From a virus (lineage: Duplodnaviria; Heunggongvirae; Uroviricota; Caudoviricetes): a DNA stretch of 64,000 nt. Shown here piece by piece: positions 58,082-64,000 of the stretch. The position numbers were made by a program, and so were the translations under genes. The notes under the pieces were generated by a model. That model saw only the letters and a list, made by a program, of their open reading frames with translations, searched no databases and was not told the DNA's origin. Numbering within the stretch: the stretch's first letter is position 1; every line of letters begins with the position of its first letter. The stretch lies in the IMG/VR virus record IMGVR_UViG_3300021142_000006; one strand, given 5' to 3'.

Positions 58082-58117
58082 TTTATCTAATAGTTAAAAC
58101 ATTTTGTAAATCTAATC

Positions 58118-58906
58118 CTATTTTATAAATCTATTAACGAAATCATTAAAATCCATAATTCTACGATAACCAACATCATACTTTTTATTATGTAAGGCAT
58201 CGAATAAAAAACAACAAATACCATTTTCATTTAGTTCAACAAAATTTTCAAATCTATCATCAATAAAAAAATCAATATTTTCATTTTTTGCAATATCAAC
58301 TTTAGATTTTCCATAGCCAACACTAAAAACAGGGACTGATGGAAATCCATATTTACTTAACCATTCTTCAGTCCAATCTTGTCTTATAGATCTGGCTGTT
58401 ATATAGCAATCTGGTGAAAAACCTAAAGACTTTGGATCTATTTTAGGAGGTATATTTAACCAAAATTCTTTATTATTATCTAATTTTTTTAAATTTTCCG
58501 CCATTTTTCTATCAAAACTCCAGAAATGAGGTTTATCTAAATGAAACCAATCACAATAATACTCAATAAAATTATTTATTGTATCGTCAATATCGAGACC
58601 AATTTTTGGTGGTTTAAGGAATCTATGTCTTCGGTCATCACCTTGTGGGTATATTTTGTAATATTCGGTGAGGAAGGCAAGTTGTGTCATTGCCATAGAT
58701 GAATGCAAAAGACCTGTTTCTTTATCAAAATCCTCACCACGTTTTATAGCATTGATATGCCTCTCTGCACAGGCCAATACATCTGACCACTTTCTACCGT
58801 TTTCCCAAGTTCTGTCACCATGTTTTTCAGACCCATATGTCATAACTTCAGCAAGCTGCTCGATAGCATATGGTGGTGTGAGATCGTATCTTAACTTTTT
58901 ACGCAT
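58118..58906 (-). CDS. MazG-like dATP/dGTP pyrophosphohydrolase N-domain fused to HAD-type deoxyribonucleotidase-like C-domain
   Basis: N-terminal YGSEKHGDRTWENGRKW...RH pattern. The C-terminus has an LDIDDT HAD motif I. Confidence 0.45.
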   Translation of the reverse strand: MRKKLRYDLTPPYAIEQLAEVMTYGSEKHGDRTWENGRKWSDVLACAERHINAIKRGEDFDKETGLLHSSMAMTQLAFLTEYYKIYPQGDDRRHRFLKPPKIGLDIDDTINNFIEYYCDWFHLDKPHFWSFDRKMAENLKKLDNNKEFWLNIPPKIDPKSLGFSPDCYITARSIRQDWTEEWLSKYGFPSVPVFSVGYGKSKVDIAKNENIDFFIDDRFENFVELNENGICCFLFDALHNKKYDVGYRRIMDFNDFVNRFIK

Positions 58907-58956
58907 TTATATTTATTTACAATACAATAGTAATCAAATGGTTTGATAAAAGCAAA

Positions 58957-59430
58957 TTAATGATGAACCTTTATCTCTCTTTTTTTGAGTAGTTCAATAA
59001 TTTCATTGTAATGGTATGGACGAAATTCTGGATGTCCGTCAAGACCGCAATCCATCGTCCTACCATTTCCGTTGCTAAAACGGTTTTGTGGCAAATTATG
59101 TTGATGACCATATAGATGATAACTCCCTTTATGACACGCTTCCCATTCAAGAATAGGATAATGGAATAAAACGAATAAGTCATCATCTATAATAACATCT
59201 TCTTGTTTAGAAACTTTTGTGAAGCAATTTTGTAAATTATCACGATTATTCTTTATATGTGAGTCATGATTACCCAATATCAAATATCTTTCTTGACAAT
59301 GTATTTGATCCATAAATTTTCTTACGTTTTCAAAACCACCGAACGCAATATCACCAAGAATGAATAAAACATCATCATATTTTACCGTATTATTAATATT
59401 CTTAACAAGTGTTTGATTATGTTCATCCAA
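58957..59430 (-). CDS. calcineurin-like metallophosphoesterase
   Basis: GDIAFGG, GNHD and GHQH motifs. Confidence 0.6.
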   Translation of the reverse strand: MDEHNQTLVKNINNTVKYDDVLFILGDIAFGGFENVRKFMDQIHCQERYLILGNHDSHIKNNRDNLQNCFTKVSKQEDVIIDDDLFVLFHYPILEWEACHKGSYHLYGHQHNLPQNRFSNGNGRTMDCGLDGHPEFRPYHYNEIIELLKKREIKVHH

Positions 59431-59567
59431 TGATTGAAAATCACGAATGGCACCACGTTCCCAAGTCGTTAAGCTTTTAATTAAGTTTTTATGAGAATAA
59501 TGTGTTCACGTGTCCGAGGTAAACCACAAATTTCTTGCAGAAGCCTCGGACGTATTTGTTTTAAATT

Positions 59568-60455
59568 TTAACATATATTATTTCTTTTAATTAATTGATA
59601 ATAGGATGATTTACTTATATTCAATTTTTTATAAATTTCTTTATGTGATAAACCCTCATTTAACATTCTAAAAATAGCAATTTTATTCTGATCAGCTTTT
59701 TCATTTCTACCAACAAAGGATAAATCAATTTCAGACCATTTTCTTTCCAAGAAAGGTAAATTATAACCAATAGCCTTTTCTTTAATTTTTTTACAAAATA
59801 CACTATTACTAATTTCTAAAGTAGCATATCCCAATTTATTAATTCTTGTATGTCCACCTAAATCCAAAACATTATTAAAATAATCTAAAACAGGCAACCA
59901 ATTTTTATGCGTTTTAATTCTTATATGAAAATCGCATCTATTATGTAATTTACGAATATTTCCATCACCATCAGTAAACCCAATAAATATACTAAATAAT
60001 TTATCAAAATCCAAGTTTTTGAAAACATTTATATTTGGTGGATTTATAGTTTTATTTGATTTAATATCAAAACGATCAACAAAAATATTTATAATATCTT
60101 TATGCATTAAGGAAAGTATGCAAGCCGAATATTTTTTATTATTAATTTTATCTTGTGTTTTAACATATAAATGTTCAGATAATTTATTTAAATGTTCTTT
60201 ATCTTTACCTGATAAGGTAATGGATAACCGTCCATCTTCGATGTGACCATCAGCTAATATAAAACCAACCCAATAATAAGTATCTAAATTATCAGTTAAC
60301 AAATAATTCGCATCACCAATTCTTTTAACATATTTTTTTGTTGAGCAGCTCCTACATTCTGTTCCTTCTTTCTCAGAACATTTAAAACTTTCAATTGATT
60401 TATATTTTAAAACTTTATCACAAGTTTTACATATTCTATTTAATGATTTTTCCAT
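59568..60455 (-). CDS. LAGLIDADG-type homing endonuclease with N-terminal Cys cluster and C-terminal HTH
   Basis: Two dodecapeptide-like motifs (VGFILADGHI and IGFTDGDGNI) and a C-terminal sigma-region-4-like HTH. Confidence 0.55.
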   Translation of the reverse strand: MEKSLNRICKTCDKVLKYKSIESFKCSEKEGTECRSCSTKKYVKRIGDANYLLTDNLDTYYWVGFILADGHIEDGRLSITLSGKDKEHLNKLSEHLYVKTQDKINNKKYSACILSLMHKDIINIFVDRFDIKSNKTINPPNINVFKNLDFDKLFSIFIGFTDGDGNIRKLHNRCDFHIRIKTHKNWLPVLDYFNNVLDLGGHTRINKLGYATLEISNSVFCKKIKEKAIGYNLPFLERKWSEIDLSFVGRNEKADQNKIAIFRMLNEGLSHKEIYKKLNISKSSYYQLIKRNNIC

Positions 60456-60560
60456 ATTTATATAGTTTTATACACATATAAATATACTGATTTTTATGAA
60501 AAATTAATGTGTATCTGATGTAAACCAGATATTTCTTTCGTTACTATTAAATTTCATTGT

Positions 60561-61166
60561 TTATTTTTTTTTCAATTTATATGTTGTTATTTGCTCAAGT
60601 TCGCTTGTTCTAAAAATCATTATCTCTTCTTTGTTAGTGAATTTAGAACCGTCTGGATTTCTGAAATATTTAAATTTGCGGTTATCATCAGATCTTTTAT
60701 TTACGCCATGTAACACATTTCCGAATATACATATATCTCCAGTAAAGAAAGGTCTTGCGTAATCCCTTAAAACTTCTGTTTTGATGAAAAGCCAATTTTC
60801 TTCAGTTTCAAATATTATATAATCTACAGAACTATGTATATAACCTGGTTTACCTACTGGGTTTGTCCATTCAATATATTGATATTTATCTGTTTTACCA
60901 TCAATATATTCATGTGTTCCTTTATCGTAGAAATTAAATGACTTTATGGATTTAATATCAAAATAATATTTAATTTTATCTTTGATAATTAATTCATTTG
61001 GAAAATCATCGTAAGGGGTTACTTCAATATCCCAGTGTTCATGTCTATCTTGAGTTGGCGTTGATATTTTATAATCACCGTATTGTTCGAAATCATTAAC
61101 AAATTTTTCTTCAGTTTTTCTACCAGCTAAAACAAACTCACTTTGTGTATTACCCATATTTTTCAT
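60561..61166 (-). CDS. hypothetical protein
   Basis: 201-aa ORF. Confidence 0.5.
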   Translation of the reverse strand: MKNMGNTQSEFVLAGRKTEEKFVNDFEQYGDYKISTPTQDRHEHWDIEVTPYDDFPNELIIKDKIKYYFDIKSIKSFNFYDKGTHEYIDGKTDKYQYIEWTNPVGKPGYIHSSVDYIIFETEENWLFIKTEVLRDYARPFFTGDICIFGNVLHGVNKRSDDNRKFKYFRNPDGSKFTNKEEIMIFRTSELEQITTYKLKKK

Positions 61167-61704
61167 AAATCTTTTTAGTTATCTCAGCATCATAAAGTGA
61201 ATTATGTTGATTCAATGGTTTCTCCATATCCAACAAAACATGCCTTTTTTCCTTGGGATTAATCCCCTTAGTTTTTAATAATGTAAATATATCAAAAGGT
61301 TGCGCTGTTGTAAAGTTTTTTGGCGGTTTTCTCATGGTATTTCCTTCCATAATAAGATCAACCATGAGAAACCAATCCCAAAAAACACAATCACCCCAAA
61401 ACTCAATTTGCTTAAATTGATTTAACCAATCTTTTAACGCTTGTTTAATAGTTTGAAAATCATTTTTTATGTATAATGTATCATTTTCCTCATCATTGTG
61501 AAGATAATGAAAATAATCATTATATAGTAAATTGTCTATAACATTTTTATTGATCCATTCATCACATTGTGATTTATCATAATCATTAAATTCTGCATAG
61601 AATTTTTTATTAGTATCAGTTACAATACCAATTGATACTGGGGTGGTGTTCTTATGTAATCCAGTAAATTCAAGATCAAAAAAGATCTTTGTAATATTTT
61701 TCAT
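61150..61704 (-). CDS. DEDD-family 3'-5' exonuclease
   Basis: Exo I motif FFDLEFTG, with downstream Exo II/III-like acidic and YDA motifs. Confidence 0.5.
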   Translation of the reverse strand: MKNITKIFFDLEFTGLHKNTTPVSIGIVTDTNKKFYAEFNDYDKSQCDEWINKNVIDNLLYNDYFHYLHNDEENDTLYIKNDFQTIKQALKDWLNQFKQIEFWGDCVFWDWFLMVDLIMEGNTMRKPPKNFTTAQPFDIFTLLKTKGINPKEKRHVLLDMEKPLNQHNSLYDAEITKKIYEKYG

Positions 61705-61912
61705 ATAATTTATATGTTCGTGACCAAATTTTTGTTTTTGTCATTTCGGAAACACTATAGATTTTTAATCTGACAGCCATGAATACTACCGCTGAACCTG
61801 TATAAGGTCTTCTGGACATATCTTTGAGTTTATAATCATAGATATGCCATTGATCATGGTAATAGGATACATGAAACCTATTTCTAATCTTTCTGAGTAG
61901 TTTGGTTTTCAC
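61676..61912 (-). CDS. hypothetical protein
   Basis: 78-aa ORF. Confidence 0.35.
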   Translation of the reverse strand: MKTKLLRKIRNRFHVSYYHDQWHIYDYKLKDMSRRPYTGSAVVFMAVRLKIYSVSEMTKTKIWSRTYKLYEKYYKDLF

Positions 61913-62333
61913 TTTCTTGAAAGTTCTTAAAATTTGTTAATAAACTCAATATGTTTTCAGTACCAGATGGATTCATAGAATGCACTATAAAAAAGGGTAA
62001 CTTTTGATTATGTTCCATACAATAATCAATCAACCATTTCGCACAATCATATCCAGTTTTTTCTTTAAATTCCTGAGATTCTACCCATTCAGTATAATTA
62101 TCCCAATTTGCTTCTGTTGCATAATGTTCATCAGCAAGGTCATGATCAAAAGACACAATTTCAGGTAAACCATATTTTGTTATATGCTTAACAAAAGCAT
62201 CATGATCTTTAACAATAACCCAATCCTTTTCAAGATATATTGGATTCATTTTACCAATCCTTTGGTACATATATGATATGCAATCCAAGGGAATTCTGTA
62301 ATCATCTAAAAAAAGGCGATATTTATTACTCAT
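61884..62333 (-). CDS. hypothetical protein
   Basis: 149-aa ORF. Confidence 0.5.
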   Translation of the reverse strand: MSNKYRLFLDDYRIPLDCISYMYQRIGKMNPIYLEKDWVIVKDHDAFVKHITKYGLPEIVSFDHDLADEHYATEANWDNYTEWVESQEFKEKTGYDCAKWLIDYCMEHNQKLPFFIVHSMNPSGTENILSLLTNFKNFQESENQTTQKD

Positions 62334-62547
62334 ATATAAAATTAATTTTTCCTTTGGATGAATAAATATATTCTCTTTGTTTACTTAATATTTGATAAAT
62401 TGAAGAGGCGCTTACACCATAATATGACGCAGCTTCCTTTACTTTTTTGAAATCGATTGATTCACCAGTATTATTATTCATCGAAATAATTTTTTTAAAA
62501 TGTTTATATTTTACATTTGTATTAACTTTATCAAGTTTATAAGACAT
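62326..62547 (-). CDS. small NUMOD1-like DNA-binding protein
   Basis: FKKVKEAASYYGVSASSIYQILSKQ helix-turn-helix resembling NUMOD1. Confidence 0.4.
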   Translation of the reverse strand: MSYKLDKVNTNVKYKHFKKIISMNNNTGESIDFKKVKEAASYYGVSASSIYQILSKQREYIYSSKGKINFIYE

Positions 62548-62549
62548 AT

Positions 62550-63218
62550 TTATAATTTTATAATTTGATCAAATTCTTTATTTGTTGGTTCAACGTATGA
62601 TTTTATCATTTTGTACATGACAGAATCGGATATCACTTTACCTTCTTCTTTTTCACGTTTTGCAAGCTGAGCCTTTAATTTTTCAGCGTTTGAAAAATCA
62701 AAAACAACGGCAATCTTGATATAATCATCAGGAAAAAGACGAAGTAATTTGTTTCTACCTTTTAATGTCATGTTTGTTCTATCAATGACAATATCAAGTC
62801 TTTCGTTTATGGCTCGCATAATTCCGAATCTGAAAATCTTTTCAATATCCTTAAAATCCTTAAAGTCAAAATGATCAAATGCTTGATTATAATTAAGACC
62901 TATTTCTTTTCCTTTCTTTGTTAATATATCATCTGTGGAAGCGACATGGTAATCCCCATTTGGTAACAACACGTTTTTTACGTATGTTGACTTACCAATA
63001 CCTGGAGGGCCCACCAAAAAATATACCACAGGTTTTGTTTTCATTTCGATAAAATATAGTTTTCTTTCTAATAATATTGAAAGAACTTTTGTTAATTCAC
63101 TATCACCGTATAGCTTAGAGAAACTGACGACCATGTTACTTGCTGATTTTAGTTGCTCTTTATTTTCGCAGCTAAGGATAACTTGGTTGACCTTCTTATA
63201 AGCTAATACGTTTTTCAT
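62550..63218 (-). CDS. P-loop kinase (polynucleotide-kinase/AAA_33-like)
   Basis: LVGPPGIGKST Walker A motif and VIDRTN Walker B-like motif, about 220 aa. Confidence 0.5.
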   Translation of the reverse strand: MKNVLAYKKVNQVILSCENKEQLKSASNMVVSFSKLYGDSELTKVLSILLERKLYFIEMKTKPVVYFLVGPPGIGKSTYVKNVLLPNGDYHVASTDDILTKKGKEIGLNYNQAFDHFDFKDFKDIEKIFRFGIMRAINERLDIVIDRTNMTLKGRNKLLRLFPDDYIKIAVVFDFSNAEKLKAQLAKREKEEGKVISDSVMYKMIKSYVEPTNKEFDQIIKL

Positions 63219-63703
63219 GCTAATCTGAATTTTGAAATATAATCTCTTATTTTTACATTGTTTTTGCCTCCAATCATTTTTATCCAGTTTTCTTGGGTTC
63301 TTGCGATTTTTGTATCTGGATTTTTAGCCCACTCAATGAAATCAGGATATTTCACTCTATTAAATATACGCTCATCAAGTAAAAAAACAACCGCTGTAAG
63401 CTGATCTCCAAGATCTGGTTCATGAAACACGGCAGTCTTAACTCCAAGCTTGTGCAGGTTCAAGTAATGATTGTTTAACGATCCCACAGGTAAACCAGTT
63501 TCCAAATCAGCCTTAGTATTTGTGGTTCCACCGTTTAGTATGATGAATGTTTTCCAGTTCTTAGCCCAGTCTTTATAGGCTTCATTATTGTGTTTTAAAC
63601 CATATTCAACGACAGCATGGCCAAACTGAATACCTTGCTGAATCGGACTAATATTATACGGTACAAGACCATACATTCTAAGCTCTAACTTCTCTTTTTT
63701 CAT
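63215..63703 (-). CDS. hypothetical protein, possibly PTH2-like peptidyl-tRNA hydrolase
   Basis: QQGIQFGHAVV is reminiscent of the PTH2 GK.AAQ..HA block. The assignment is weak. Confidence 0.25.
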   Translation of the reverse strand: MKKEKLELRMYGLVPYNISPIQQGIQFGHAVVEYGLKHNNEAYKDWAKNWKTFIILNGGTTNTKADLETGLPVGSLNNHYLNLHKLGVKTAVFHEPDLGDQLTAVVFLLDERIFNRVKYPDFIEWAKNPDTKIARTQENWIKMIGGKNNVKIRDYISKFRLA

Positions 63704-63863
63704 TTTCGTTTCTTTTTTCTAATAATTTACTTTTCCTGGGTTCTGGCACATTTTTATAGTCATATGGGCAATGTTTGCACCCATTACCACAACAATATCC
63801 TCTTTCAAGAAGAAATTCAGATGTAAAAATAGTAAATTTTTCTGTTTTTTCAAATTTTTCCAT
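63678..63863 (-). CDS. small Cys-rich protein
   Basis: CCGNGCKHCPY cluster. Confidence 0.35.
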   Translation of the reverse strand: MEKFEKTEKFTIFTSEFLLERGYCCGNGCKHCPYDYKNVPEPRKSKLLEKRNENEKREVRA

Positions 63864-64000
63864 TAAAATATTTCAATTTGTCTTATAGCTAAATCAATTT
63901 CGGTTAATTCACTTTTTGAATATTTTTTCGTTTCAGGTACATCATCCAACCCAATAACCTCTGGATTACCAAATTTACCATGAGCAGCACCAACCAATTT
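63864..64000 (-). CDS. 5'-partial CDS (C-terminal 45 codons) running off the window edge
   Basis: Minus-strand frame open from 64000 down to a TAA at 63866..63864. Confidence 0.4.

Noticed and set aside
1-64000. Eukaryotic giant-virus (NCLDV) origin suggested by SET domain, AT richness and many small ORFs
   Set aside because: Bacterial lipobox signal peptides, a Bacteroidetes T9SS sorting domain, SmpB, a bacterial-type sigma factor, rho-independent terminators and NadV/Prs phage-type auxiliary genes argue for a bacteriophage of a Bacteroidetes host.

Overview
This is an AT-rich, densely coding segment that looks like a large lytic bacteriophage of a Bacteroidetes host. Nearly all genes (about 110 ORFs) run on the minus strand, packed head-to-tail with overlapping start and stop codons. 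There are three short plus-strand islands at 1..1793, 9897..11090 and 40550..41187. The Bacteroidetes host assignment is inferred from Cys lipobox signal peptides and a T9SS/gliding-motility C-terminal sorting domain. Recognisable products fall into a few groups. Auxiliary metabolism and anti-defence candidates: NAMPT/NadV, a PRPP-synthetase-like protein, thioredoxin, a NUDIX hydrolase, an HD phosphohydrolase, two calcineurin-like phosphoesterases, HAD phosphatases and a class I/II aminotransferase. RNA repair and translation rescue: an Rnl2-like RNA ligase, a P-loop kinase, a DEDD exonuclease, SmpB and a possible PTH2. Membrane and other proteins: SPFH and PspA-like proteins, a secreted non-specific nuclease, a vWA protein, a SET-domain protein, an ECF-type sigma factor, a ClpP-like protease and a GspS-like ATP-grasp enzyme. 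Free-standing homing endonucleases are frequent (two GIY-YIG, two HNH, one LAGLIDADG, plus NUMOD1 orphans). The most notable element is a 4-repeat mini-CRISPR array (36-nt repeats, three 29-nt spacers, 2145..2375) lying next to a 453-aa TnpB/Cas12f-like RuvC nuclease with intact catalytic motifs (2538..3899). This looks like a hypercompact phage-borne type V CRISPR-Cas locus with no adaptation genes. Also notable are an ORF-free, GC-enriched ~700-bp region holding a non-canonical tRNA-Leu-like element (30841..31561), a phage-encoded SmpB, three apparent frameshifts at homopolymers, and a GIY-YIG endonuclease flanked by a ~110-bp duplication of its neighbour's 5' end. All functional calls rest on motif recognition by eye and would need HMM or BLAST confirmation.
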